DNA of 64,000 nt from the human T2T-CHM13v2.0 reference genome, Homo sapiens: NCBI RefSeq assembly GCF_009914755.1, contig NC_060942.1. One strand, written 5' to 3'. The notes below the pieces were generated by a model. That model had not been told where the DNA came from and ran no database searches. It was given only the letters and a program-made list of their open reading frames with translations. This document shows positions 17,050 through 35,454 of this stretch, in pieces. The translations under genes and the position numbers were made by a program. How positions within the stretch are numbered: position 1 is the first letter of the stretch; every line of letters begins with the position of its first letter.

Positions 17050-17276
17050 GGGAAGTAATCCAAAATGTGTTGCATGGGCCAGTGCTGGTCCATAAATTGC
17101 TTGTTACTGTTCTGTAACACGAGAACAGAAATTGAGAGCAGACACTGAGAGATTAACAATTTGACAGTGCCACGTTATTTTATTGTATTTTACAAAAGTA
17201 ACGATCCACAGCAAACTGAAGATTTAAAAAAATGAAAACTGAATCTTTACCACACCACAGATGTTTAAGAAGCACC
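17050..17276. mobile_element. hAT-Charlie (Charlie4-like) DNA transposon remnant, followed by a MIR-like segment to ~17430
   Basis: Recalled consensus motifs ACAGAAATTGAGAG, TTTTATTGTATTTTACAAAAGTA, ACCACAGAT..TTAAGAAGCAC. Confidence 0.55.
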
Positions 17277-17548
17277 TTTCTACTTTATTTCCTCATTTTG
17301 CACATGAGCACACTGGGGCTGACAGATATGAAATGACTTGTCCAGGTCAGTCGCTCTTCAGGGAACAGCTGGCCTCTTGAACACGGTTCCCACTCACAGT
17401 CTAGTGCTTTGGGCTGTGTCATCTTGCCTTCTCACTAGTAGCCATGTTTTCTTCACCACTCACCCTCCATTCATTTTCCTTAGGTAAAAAAACAATTATT
17501 ATATTTGTTTTCTTTATTTTAATTTTCCTAAAAAGTTAATAGTATTGA

Positions 17549-17683
<135 letters not shown>

Positions 17684-17767
17684 TGATAGCACATGGATAG
17701 AACATTTAAGGAGTGAAGAAACTGACATATAGGAATTGGAATGTGACAGAGGTTGCATTACAAATAA

Positions 17768-17869
17768 GTGGAGAAGGAATAGACCATTCAATAAATGGTG
17801 TGTGGAGAAAGAATAAATTGTTCAATAAATGGTGTGTGGACAAAGAATAGACCGTTCAATAAATGGTGT
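17768..17869 (+). repeat. Three tandem copies of a 34-bp L1-derived unit
   Basis: Units start at 17768, 17802 and 17836 (GTGGAGAARGAATARAYYRTTCAATAAATGGTGT-like). Confidence 0.9.
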
Positions 17870-18670
17870 TGGCACAATTGATTTTCCATATGAAAAAATA
17901 GGTATAATTAGATTCCCAGTTACATCATGCAGAAGACATTCAAGTGAATAACAACTTATATGTAAAATGTAAAACTTAAACTTTTCAATGTTAATTTGGG
18001 AGGAGAAGCCTTTCTTGAATAAAGTAGAGCATGACCACGGTAGAGATCTTAATAAATTAGAGCTTCTCTGTGACAAAAGGAACCATATAGCCAGGAGACC
18101 ATCCATAGATTGAGAGATGGTGTTTGCAAGATATTTACAGATAAGACTATATCCAGACTATGGAAGGATCTTCCTAAAAAGTCAATGAGACAATCATCCC
18201 AACAGAAATATAGGTGAAAGACATAAATAGGTGATTCTGAGATGAGGAAACCTGAACAGCTATTACATAATGTGCAGCCTCACTGGTAGTCAGGAAAATG
18301 CAAATGGAAACAGGTGTCATCTCACACTCAGCAGATTGACAAAACATTTTGGAGTCTGACATCAAGGATATGAAGCAGTGGGAACTCTCAGGCACTGCTG
18401 ATGGGGATATAAATTGACAGAACTATTTTGGACGAAATTTGGTGCTGTGTAGTGAAGTTGGAGATAATTATATGCTGCTGTCCAGCAATCCTGCATCTAT
18501 GAGAATTGTTACACACCTGCAAAAGGGGACATGGGCCCGGGTCCTTGAGGCAGCATTGTTTGCAAGGGCAAATACCAGGAAATTGCCTGAACATTTCAAA
18601 TGTTAGTAATGTTATAAATAAATAATGTCTTTGTACTAGGTAGCAATTAAAATAAAGGATATTTATAGTA

Positions 18671-18888
18671 CAATTGGCTCTCCATCTCTGCATTGGTGGG
18701 TTTAACCAACTGTGAGCTGAAAGTATTTGGGGGAAAAAATTCTTTTTCTTGTCATTCTCTAAACAATACAGCATAACAACTATTTGCATAGCATTTACAT
18801 TGTACTAGGTATTATAAGTAATCTAGAGATGATTTAAAATATACAGGAGGATGTGCATAGATTACATGCAAATACTGAAGGACAGTTG
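18671..18888. mobile_element. MER2 (TcMar-Tigger) element with internal deletion and TA target duplication
   Basis: GCATTTACATTGTACTAGGTATTATAAGTAATCTAGAGATGATTTAAA core; TA at 18669-18670 and 18889-18890. Confidence 0.8.
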
Positions 18889-19461
18889 TATATTGAAACA
18901 TGTAACAGCTAATGTGTTTATGAGCACACATATATGGATAGTTAAAACTTGCACTAGAATGTTTCAACAAGTAAGCTACTAGTTAGCCTCTAGAGGGATG
19001 AGGGGGAGTGGAATGGAGGGAAGACCTTCAGTCATTCCTGTGATATTCTGTTTCTTAAAAGAGGCAAATATGGAGCAGTCTGGAGGGTGGTGTACATGGA
19101 TGTTTGTTATATTAATAGATACAGGTTTGAATGTTTGAAACTCTTCATTTTTTAATGGTTAAAAAGTTCTATCTGAAATTGGATGTTTTAGTTTTGTAGG
19201 GACATGCTCATATAGACTTTCATAGTTTTGAACAAGATTGATTTGCTGTTAGGTGGAAGACATTTGAGAGAACATAAAAGGTAATTCAGAGTTTACTGTG
19301 TTTTTGAAAAATTGCTTAAGATGTCTTCTATGTTGAGAAATGCTTAGAAGTGCTTCATACCATCTGTCACCAGTGGTTATGATCATACAAACTAGTAGCA
19401 TCCTACTGTTGGTTTTTGCTGCAGCATTTAGTGTAATAAGTTACTTTTTCCTCTCTTCTAG

Positions 19462-19519
19462 ATGTGTTGCAGCATGCCATAATCCACAAGAAGCATACTG
19501 GGAAAAGTCCCATTGTGAA
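19462..19519 (+). CDS. ZCCHC2: ZCCHC2 coding exon (probably 8), VLQHAIIHKKHTGKSPIV
   Basis: ctcttctAG acceptor, GAA|GTAAGT donor, 58 nt, phase 1-2. Confidence 0.92.
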
Positions 19520-19589
19520 GTAAGTATCCTCTTTCTAAAACAAAAAGTGCTTTGGTATGTTTTAAAATCAATGTAACATTTAATTAAAT

Positions 19590-21550
<1,961 letters not shown>

Positions 21551-21833
21551 TACTTAAGTGCTCATGACAGCAGTGCTCTCAAGATGCAGGTTGTATAAGC
21601 CTCTCTGTCCCAGCTGTAAGCAGTGTATGATGATCACCATCGCATAGTGTCTAAAAGCAGAGTGTGCAGCTGTTACTACTCTTTTTAGAGACAAGTATTA
21701 ATGATAAATAGATGTGTAGTGGTTTATTTCTCATAGTATACTTTTTTTTCTTAGACCTATCATTAGGCATTCCTTGAAGAAACTAATATATTGAAGAAAG
21801 GGTTACTGTAACTTCTTTGTTGAAATGAAATAG

Positions 21834-22052
<219 letters not shown>

Positions 22053-22252
22053 TAAAGCATTGCTCCTCTATAAGAAAAAAATTAAGTTCTGTAAGCTTTC
22101 AGTCAGACAGTATATCTGGTAAGAAATGAAGGAATGTTTAAGTTTTAGACTTTATACTTATATATGATCTAAGCTCTTCTGAGACCTGAAAATGTGTATT
22201 TAGATTACTTTTATTGCTTGTGTAAGATTAGTACACTTTAATATGACACCTT

Positions 22253-22569
22253 CCCAGGCGCCATGGGTCACGCTTCTAATCCCAGCACTTTGGGAAGCTA
22301 AGGCAGGAGGATTGCTTGAGGCCACCCATTTGACCAGCCTCGGCAACATACTGAAACCCTGTCTGTATAAAAAATTTAAAAATTAGCTGAGTGTGGTGGT
22401 ACACACCTGTAGTCTCAGCTACTCGGGAGGCTGAGGCAGGAGGATCACCTGAGCCCAGGAGTTCAAGGCTGCTGTGAGCCATGATCACACCACTGTACTT
22501 CTGCCTGGGCAACAGAGTGAAACCCTGTCTCTAAAAAATAAATTTAAAACAAAATAAAAATTTTAAAAA
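22253..22569 (+). mobile_element. Alu (AluJ-like)
   Basis: Diverged dimer with A-rich tail. Confidence 0.9.
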
Positions 22570-23445
22570 TAATACCTTCACTGTTTAACAAAGGTGTACA
22601 TCAGATTGTTATGCCAAAATTTTTTGGTCTTGAAAGAATTAGAATTCAGATTTCAATCACTGCCTTGCTATTTGTGATAGAAATTTTCCAACTGACCTTT
22701 CTTCATGAATATTTGGGTCAGTTTATTGACACTTCAGAATGCATTAGGGGATGTTTGCTTTCTTAAGATTTGGGTGTGATCAGAGAGCAGAATGCTGTTA
22801 AGTATGTTTCATGTCGTATGGCCTCGCAGATATGGGGGGAGGTCCCTGTGTATATGTTACAAGTATGGAATGAAACTTCTCTCTAGAAAATTGATTCATT
22901 AACCCGATGTTGTCCCTGGCCAACGCTCAGATCCAAATGTTAACTCTTCTTGGAATGTGTTTTTATGCATTAAAGCATATTCTGAGAAATTATAAATAGT
23001 TTTAGTCATAATTAGTGACCTATTTTCAAAGCCCGTCTGAGTTTACTTTCCCTCCCCTACTCCAGTGCCTGCACCCTCTCTTCTTAGAGTTGACGTAGTT
23101 AAGTGTTGACAGTTATATGGAATTGTACTTGAAGAGAATAGTAGTAAACCTACAGCAAGTGCCAGTCACTTGATTGTGTTTCATTTTATAGTCAGAAAAA
23201 AGAATGTAGGTCCATTTTCAAAGAAAAATAGAAAATAATACTGTATTAATCATGAGGAAAATATGTAAGTGTCACAGAATATGTAAATTTTAGTGGTTCA
23301 GGTGGGAAACTTCAAAAATAGGTTGGAAATCAACACTTGTTAGAATATACAACTGGGAATCTATCATTTTAATGTTTATTATGAGAGTAAAAACGTCAAA
23401 ATGGTTTAGCTTTTGTCTGATTTGTCTTTTTATTCTTTCTACTAG

Positions 23446-23510
23446 CATTCTGCTGAAAAACGGAGTTTATCTTCAATAAATAAGAAGAAAGGAAAGCCAC
23501 AAACAGAAAA
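23446..23510 (+). CDS. ZCCHC2: ZCCHC2 coding exon (probably 10), HSAEKRSLSSINKKKGKPQTE(K)
   Basis: ttctactAG acceptor, AAA|GTAGGT donor, 65 nt, phase 0-2. Confidence 0.91.
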
Positions 23511-23847
23511 GTAGGTTCAATTTAAGGAAAGACAGCATATAGCCTTTGATAATAGGCCTGTTTAGTTTATGATAGTATACAACATAGTATTTTTTTAGTT
23601 AGTTTTCTTTATATTTTTAATTCTGGGTTTTACTCTTTTGGTTCAAAATATTAATATATGCAGGTGATAAAAATAAAGCTACTGTCAAATATTGCATTCA
23701 GTTTGGAGGGGTAAAACTCTCAGAACTTTCCACGGAAGGGCGAATCTTAATTGTATTTAGATTATTCCTTACTAAAAAAATTTGAAGAGTCTTGAAGGAA
23801 ATTTTATCAATACTGTACTGAATGTGTTTGGTAGATAACCTTATTAA

Positions 23848-24075
<228 letters not shown>

Positions 24076-24164
24076 TAAGTTTACCTTGTGTTGATATGTA
24101 CAGCAATTTCCAAATTAAACAGTTCTGAAATCAATGGAGTTAATTTAGGGAATACAAACCAGCC

Positions 24165-24323
24165 ATGGGGGTGGAGATTGCCTTTGCCTCAGTGATTCTC
24201 ACCTGCCTCTCCCTTCTGGCAGCAGGAGTCTCCCAGGTTGTTCTTCTCCAGCCAGTTCCAACTCAGGAGACAGGTCCCAAGGCCATGGGAGATCTCTCCT
24301 GTGGCTTTGCCGGCCGCTCATGA
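24165..24323 (+). other. Intronic 52-codon smORF MGVEIAFASVILTCLSLLAAGVSQVVLLQPVPTQETGPKAMGDLSCGFAGRS with signal-peptide-like N-terminus; translation unproven
   Basis: gccATGG context, hydrophobic residues 5-22, TGA at 24321-24323; shorter than any entry in the ORF track. Confidence 0.4.
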
Positions 24324-24740
24324 GAGTGTTTTTGTGTAAAGTATTTTTTAGAATACTGTTGACTTCTTCATGATTTAATAACCATCCTTTGCGAAGTTTT
24401 ATGAGGCTTTAGGGGAATGTCAACCCTCAAATTTTTGTTATACTAGATGGCTTCCATTTACCCACCACTATTTTAAGGTCCCTTTATTTTTAGGTTCAAG
24501 GTTCATTTGACTTGAGAAAGTGCCCTTCTGCAGCTTCATTGATTTTGTTTATCTTCACTATTAATTGTAACGATTAAAAAAGAATAAGAGCACGCAGACC
24601 TCTAGGAGAATATTTTATCCCTGGGTGCCCCTGACACATTTATGTAGTGATCCCACAAATGTGATTGTTAATTTAAATGTTATTCTAATATTAGTACATT
24701 CAGTTGTGATGTAATATGAATAACCAGAATCTATTTCTTA

Positions 24741-25150
<410 letters not shown>

Positions 25151-26305
25151 CTAAAATCATCTGGCCAACTCATTGAAGCATTGGAAGTGGGAGTAAAATA
25201 ACATGGACAAAACCCATCTTGTCTGTAGAAGGATCTTGTAACACTTACTATCTCTGAGGTTCCCTCTGGTGGCGATGGCAGCTTAACGGAGGAGGAACAA
25301 GCTAAATGAGGAAGACAGAAGTCTGTCGGTGGACATTTGGAGATTGATGCTGCTGGCCCTCCCTGTCTCTGTTCCTTCTCTTTCTAGTTCATTTTCCATA
25401 CTGCTGCCGTGTTTGTTTTCTAAAATACCATTTTCTGAATGAAATTCCTGCCCTCCACAAGCTCACTCTGTCTCTTGTCTCACAGTGTTTGGGAACTACT
25501 GCTCACTAAAGAAGTTTGCAACTGTTTTTTCGATGTTAGCCCATTTCCAGAGGAGAAGCACGTGGACGTTGGTCAGAGACAGTTAGGGTTTGAGTGTTGT
25601 GCTCCCCCAGTTTATTAAGCATGTGACCTCTCTGATGCCTTTGTTTGCTCATTTGTAAAACAGGAGTAATGCCTGCTTCAGCAGATTGTAAGAATTACAT
25701 GTAAAAACATGAAGAGCATTTTCCTAGTTCCAAGTACCTAGGTGTTCACTGCAGCAATTTAGTTCCTTTTCCTTGTTCTAATAAATTAGAGGGAAACATA
25801 CATTGTATAGGTTATTAAGAACTTTGTAACAGCATCACAAACTCCCATTCATTTTTTTCCTTAATTTTCAAGTGTTATGAAAATAACAACCTCAGCGTAT
25901 TTTTCAATTTTATCTATTTTCTCCTCTATATCCGTCACCGATTTGTATGTATTTACATTTATAAAATGACTGAATGAAATATTTTTTGTACAGCTTGTCT
26001 TATTGATATCAAGTGCAGCGCAGATGTATGCCAATTCCAACTTTTAAAAAACCCCTCTGTGTATTAATTTTTCTTTGAAATATTAAGGCACCAAGGAAGA
26101 ATTGTCTTTAAGCATTCAGTAAACTCAGTACGTGCCTAAGGATTTTTTTATGGAACAACAGCTCATATCATAAATTGGAGAGACATTGTCTTGAAGCTGA
26201 AAATACTGAGTCTTTCTGATTAGCAGGTTGTTTGGATCTTTAAATAATACATTTTAGCTTAAGATTTGTATTGTTTTACTTCTTAAAAATTTATTATTAA
26301 ATTTA

Positions 26306-27013
<708 letters not shown>

Positions 27014-28949
27014 CTATGATTTATTTAAATGAGTCTTAACTCTAACAGACTTCTATTGTTTATAATTACCAATTTCCAGTATTTTTAGTGTTAGAATAGT
27101 GGTTTATGTTTTACTTTTTGTTTTTATTATGTGCAAGACCCTTTATCATTTGAGACATGACAAATTCAGTTTGTGTGTCTTTTTAAAAGGGCAATTTGTG
27201 GAGTATCCTTTGGCATAATTGGTCTGTCTTCACTTTCCACATCCCCTGAATCTCTAGAGGATCACATAATTTCTGATTATAAAAGTTCTTAAGGTACCAC
27301 ACAATTCTGAAGTACCTTCTGAATTATCAAAAAAAAGTTACGTTAGTATAGATTTAGATTTATGTATTCAGTTCTTTGGAAGCTGCGGTTTTGTATATGG
27401 CAATTCGTGATTAGAATATTCACCAGCTTGCACAGTGTAAAGAAAATAGTTTTGTAAATTATGCCATTTGGAGAGGTAGCTGCTTTTTTTAAAACATATT
27501 CTGAAATTTGCTCTTTGAACTATAGTCTACTGTAGTTTCACTGTCTGCATCATTTTGATGAACGCTACCCCTGAGGTTCCTTTTCAGTCCATTTCTAGTT
27601 TGAGAATATCCTGTTGAATCTTTGATTCTCTTGATCTTGGGTTGTTCATTTTGTTATATGCTGGTTGAAATATTTATATGCAAGACTCATGCAAGTTCTA
27701 TAGGTTTCATCATTAGTCCAATTTAATGACAACTTATTTGGCCACTATGGCCCGTTAGCTTGTCTTCAAGCAGCCATTGGTGGTGTTGACTTGCATCCCT
27801 TTAGTCGCCTTATGATGGGTCATTCAGGGCCTGTTGCTGTGTAGGTATCCTCCAGGTAACTTTTCTGTAAAATTGTTACTTGCCCATGAACTCCTCTGCC
27901 ACTTTTCCTTCTAGCCTCATAAGATTTTGTGCAGTTTTCCCTTGACAGTTTGACATTTATTACTCAGAAGGAATTTAGCAACATCAACATTCCTAATGAC
28001 TTTATTTTTCTTCAATATTCACCTAACATTTGAGTGGCTGGGCTAATCTAGGTCATGTTTAACAGTCTTAACACTGTTACAAATTTATCCCAGCCAAAAC
28101 CACAAGTCAGTTGCCTGCATTGCTCATTATACAAATTGTGCCTTTTCTCTGACACATATTTTGCCCGTGCAATTAATACCCATTATCTTTTACTGGTTCT
28201 ACCAGTTGGCACAGAAATGATTCACTAATCTATAGTTCTTAAGAAGCCTCTGGAATCCCTTATTTGGGGATTTATACACCAAACATATATTGAATGCTTG
28301 CTGTAAGGCAGAATTACGCTAGCTACTGGGTTTACAGAGATAAGAGAATATTTCCCTCAGTCAGGGCCACTACAGGAAAAAAAAAATCCAAAGTTTGTAT
28401 CTCTTGTCCAATACTAGATACACCGATAGTCCCTCCTTATGTGCTCAAAACAGATACGGCTAGTTGGTCATGGCAGGTCCTGTCACCACCTCACACTACC
28501 TCAGTATAGGCTTGAACTTGGCAGAACTCAGGGGACTATTCAGTCTACTAGATGGGAAGCATTTTATTATTTTAAATACTCCAAGTAATTTTCATTGAAT
28601 AGGCATTTTGGCAGCCCTTTTCTTCTTGAGTTCTTTTAAAGAATGAATTTTCCAGCAAGCTCTTAAGAGTTAAAATATCTAGACTTAGAAAGTAGCTCAA
28701 AGTGATATTATTGGACAGACCCTGCAACCAACCTTAACTCGTTTTTTCTTTGAAGTCAGTAAGATTGACTTATTCTGTGCATTGTTTTAAGGATATATTT
28801 ATTAAGTATTTTCTATTAGAATTGTAATTTAATCAGTTTAGATCAAGGACAAGCTTTTTTAGATGGTTGTGGGGAAACTGAAGAAAATATAGCTAAAATT
28901 AATTTCTAATGATTCAACTTAGAAATTAATTTAAAATGACTTAACATGA

Positions 28950-29207
<258 letters not shown>

Positions 29208-29419
29208 TGATCCTATAAATGCCATTAACTGATTTTAAATGTAAAGTCGTTATAAAGGATGTCGTATAGATCATTGCCTTAGAAATTCCTAACAATGTTG
29301 ATTTGATAAACATATTTCACTGCATATGAAGTTAAGTAGGATGAAGACAGGATCATAATGAGGTAGAGTTAGTGTAGAAAGAAGGAAAATGTGTCTTGTT
29401 AGATGCATATGTATGTTTA

Positions 29420-30470
29420 TGCTCTTTACGTCCTCTCGATTGATTGACCCTTTTATCATTTTGGGATATCCTTCTTTGTCTCTAGTAACAATTTTTGTCT
29501 TAAAGTCTATTTTGTCTGAGAATAGTATAGTCGATCCAGCATTCTAGGTACTGCTTGCACAGTATTTTGTTTTCTATCCTTTTACTTTAAACCTATTTGT
29601 GTCTTTAAATATAAATTTTGTCTCTTGTAGACAACATATAGTTAGATTATGGTTTTTTATTCATTCTGCCGATCTCTGCTATTTGTCCATTTACATTTAA
29701 TGTAATTACTAATAAGGTAGGTTTTATGTCTGCCATTTTGTTGTTTTCTCTGTGTATTATGTCTTCAGTTCCTCGTTGCACAGAGGCTTAAAATCAGCCA
29801 GCAGTGAGAGCTTAGGGCCTTCTCAGGTCTGCCTTGGAAAGGTATGTAACTATAGGCATGAGCAAAACGTTTTAGGTTCCCAGGAATATATTAAAGCTTT
29901 TCAAAGCCTCCTGTAGCCATCTTATTCCCCAGTTTTTCATTTTAAGTTTTCTGGTCAGCCTCTTGTCAGCCCCAGCTAGTAATGCCACCTTGGGCGGCTA
30001 CATTTTTAAACAGTTGCTTCTGACTAATTATGACAAATGTCCTGCGGGTAAGAGGCTGTAACACAGAGTGAGTGCTAGCTGCCAGACAGTCAAATGGTGA
30101 CAGTTTGGTGGTGGGGCTTTTGGGGAACTCGAAACCCATACTCCTAATGGCTGCTGGGTTTTGTAGCTACTACTGCAAGAGAGATGGTGTTTGCACTGAT
30201 TTCAGAAAGTGAGGTACAAGTCATTTACAGGGCTACTTTAGAGCTGTAGAAAGGGGGAGTGGAAGTAGGACAAGGGGAAAATGCCTTGAGATTTTCTTTT
30301 CTTACAGATCGAGCTGTTTTTCTTGAATAAACACTCGTCAGAGTGCTGTAAGCCTTTAGTTAATTTCCAGAATTTTGAGAAAGTTGGTTATTTGACAGTT
30401 TTTGCTAGGGTTTTCATTGCTTTTATGGAAGAGTGGATTATTAGAGGTCTTACTCTACCATTCTGGTATG
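29420..30470 (-). mobile_element. Antisense L1 fragments
   Basis: TTGACCCTTTTATCATT and TTAAAGTCTATTTTGTCTGA motifs typical of antisense L1 endonuclease region. Confidence 0.65.
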
Positions 30471-30950
30471 GAGGTGAGATCTCTTTAAAAATGTGTATGT
30501 TGAATGAGGATGTCATTCTTTATGCATGATGACAACGTCTGATTGGTAACACCTTGGTTACAAGGTGTACCCATGCTGGTGGGCAGCATCAAGTTACTTC
30601 TCATGGTCCACCCACAGATTAAGATCCTTACCACATATTGTTTCAGCCAAGTGTGGTTTCTTCCTGGACAGTCTGCAGCTCTCTGTGACATTAGCTTCTT
30701 TCTGTGTTGTGGTATCACGCTATGTCTTAGGGAGCTATGGTATAGAGTGTTGCTACATGATATACAATTAAAGTCAGCTTTTACTTTGCAGTTACTTTGT
30801 AGTCATACCAAATGTAGCATAGTTACTCTACCACCAATTCTTCTAATCTGAGGCAACACTGTACTTCTAATCTGCAGTTTCCTTGTGAAAGAAAAAAAAT
30901 GAAAACAACGTCTCACTGAGCTGTTTTGAAACTTAAATGAGAGGATTTTT

Positions 30951-31089
30951 TTCGTCTTCTTTTTTTAAATTTATGAGACAGGGTCTTGCTGTGTTGCCCA
31001 GGCTGGTCTTGAACTCCTGGGCTCAAGTGATCCTCCTGCCTTGGCCTCCCAAAGTGTTGAGATTATAAGCATGAGCCACTGCACCCAGC
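30951..31089 (-). mobile_element. Alu monomer (FLAM-like), TSD TTAAATGAGAGGATTTTT
   Basis: Direct repeat at 30933-30950 and 31091-31108. Confidence 0.9.
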
Positions 31090-32759
31090 ATTAAATGAGA
31101 GGATTTTTATGCCTTACCCAGAATAGACAAACTTTCAGTATGTTTCATTGTACATTTATGCTTGATTCTCTAGGATAAGCAGGTGACTCTGTGGCTCACA
31201 CTGCAGATTTGGCCCTGTCCGAAGTGTTAGTGTACATCTGTACACTTGGGTAATGACAGCATCCCTCTTCTGCCATCAGATGGCACAAGTTGGAGGCCTG
31301 TGTGGAGGAACTTGGCTTTTTTCAAATAGGCTGTTATTAAATATGAAAGAATGGCTTAGGGCTGTCTTCACCCAAGGAAAATATCCATTATGGTAGAGAG
31401 TTTTGATCATTTTTAGAATTCTGAGTGGATGAAAAGTCTCCTTTGAAAAGGGCGTGGGTGGCTTTGCTGTTGCTCTCCTGGGTAGTGATGGTATTTCTGT
31501 TTGGGGCTTTACACTTACCGAAATCAGTGCACAAAAGGGTGAGACATGTCTCAGCATGTCTAGAGGAGTCTCAGGATGCTTAGAAAACCAACTGGGAGCA
31601 TTAAAAATCATGAGGCCATTTGCTATTTCACATAGAAATTTAACGCACTTCTTCCAAAATGTTTCTGCTTCTTTCAGACTTAACATTTTTATCTTTGACT
31701 GTGCACTGGTGTGATGATACAGATAAAATGCCTTCAATAAGTTTGGATTTTGGGATAGTTTTTATTTTGCAAAGTTTAGCAAGAAATACCCCAATTATTA
31801 ATCTATTAGGGGAAGTTTATGCTAGAACCATTCACTCTTTGAGTTTCTTCTAATATAAATTAAAATCATTGAATTAGTAATACTGTTGATGTTCTGTGTC
31901 AGTAAGTAGCTTTCATTTAATCTTTCTTCAGGAAGACGAATTCGTTTTTAGTGTTCTGTTTGAAAACTTTTTAATATCTGAAGCTGAATATAAACAGTTC
32001 ATACCTTAATGAATACAAATATTTTAAGTACCTAGTACAATTCAGCTTATCCATACAAGCAGAAAGATTTTTAAATAGGCACTACATTTTAATGGAATGG
32101 TCTGTGTATACATCAACACAGTGTCTGGGTCTATGATGTTTAAACATTGTGAATCAGATTTTATCCTTGTCCCCTTTATACCAAAAGTCAGGACATCCCC
32201 TGAAGGCTAGGTCCACGCTATTTCTGTACACAAGCGTAAGACTGATGCAGGAGTAGTAGCCGATGCAGTGTTGTTTGTATTTGCTGTTTTGCTGTTTTGA
32301 TTTTGGAGAAATTGCCACACTCTCCTATTCCTGTTTCTTGTGTTCTAGCGTGTTTGTTTTATGATTAATAATAGCTTTAAATTTTCTTCCCCCCATTGAA
32401 ATATTTAGTATTAAGAATATTGATTCCATTCTAAAAAAAACAACAACAACAACAAAAGAAAACTCTTCTGTTCCCTGCCTCTAGATATTTGAGTTAAATA
32501 TTGTCTTGACTGAGCTCTTTGAAATTGTATCATTTATCTGCGACAAATTGAAGAACTTGGGTTGGCAGTGCAGAATAGAAACCAAGTGGATTGCCTGAAG
32601 TTTATTAAGGTTAAGAGTGTCTGATGCTCTTCTCAGTACAAAGATGGTGTTACATAAATCTCTTTGTTTTATACTATGTTTCATTCAGACTCCAACTAGC
32701 CTTTTATGTTTTGTTTTCTGTTTATATCCCCGTATTTTAAAAATAAAGCGTTGATCTAA

Positions 32760-34457
<1,698 letters not shown>

Positions 34458-35361
34458 TGAGTTCACTCATTTCTCCTTCCTTTCCTTATTGATCATGGGA
34501 TTCTGTTGTAGCAGAAAGATCTGTTTGTGTTTTCGTTTATGGATATTGTTTTCAGTGACAGATCATAAAATGCAACTGGAAAAACAGTGTAGACCCAGGT
34601 CACACAGAGCACAAGGAAGTTCAGAGGAATTCAGTTTCCAATTAAGGAATAAACTCTAAAGGCCCTTTTGAAGGAGTGTGATGGGAATTTGCATTCTGTA
34701 ATGTTAAATCTCTTGCTTGCAGCACTTTTTTTTTTTAAGCTACAATCCTGTTTCATAGAGTAAGCAAAATTTTTAAATATTGAAAACCTAGGAAGTAATT
34801 TAGTTATCTGACATTAGGTTTTGAGTAACTATTTAGTATATCTGCATAACCAGCTGCCTCATGCCTGTTTCCCCATGCTACCCTTTTCCTTCCCAGCAAA
34901 TGTTAAAAAAAAAAAGGTCCAAGATTCTATTGCATTAATACAGGAACAAAATAGTTCAGTACTATTTTGATTTGAGAGTAAAGGAATTTGAACAAAGTTT
35001 AATATTACTACCACCAGAAAGAAGAAAATGGTCTTACCTATGTTTGAGTAAGATACCAAATTTTATGTCAACTTCAGGCTGTTATTTTCACTTGCATTTG
35101 ACCTTTGTCGTTTTGCCAAATCTTACCCAGAAACAAAAAAAGTCTTAAATTGGGAATATATTTACTTGGCATTCTTAAAGAAAGATCAAGTTTGATAGCT
35201 TTTAGATTGAATTCAAAGCACAAACTTTACATTGCTTTTTAAAGTGAGCGGATTGGCCATTTGGAGTGGCACTAGAGCTGACGAAGGTGCCTTGTGGAGA
35301 GCATGCCCGTGTGATAGCTTGTACGTAGTGGTTTGTGATGACGTTTGCTTGTAAGCGGTGA

Positions 35362-35454
<93 letters not shown>

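Larger units (their letters stand above)
17690..19140 (+). mobile_element. Old L1 (L1M-type) ORF2 end/3' fragment, interrupted by MER2
   Basis: TTCAATAAATGGTG (FNKWC) motif, CAGGAAAATGCAAAT and CCAGCAATCC motifs typical of L1 3' ends. Confidence 0.7.
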
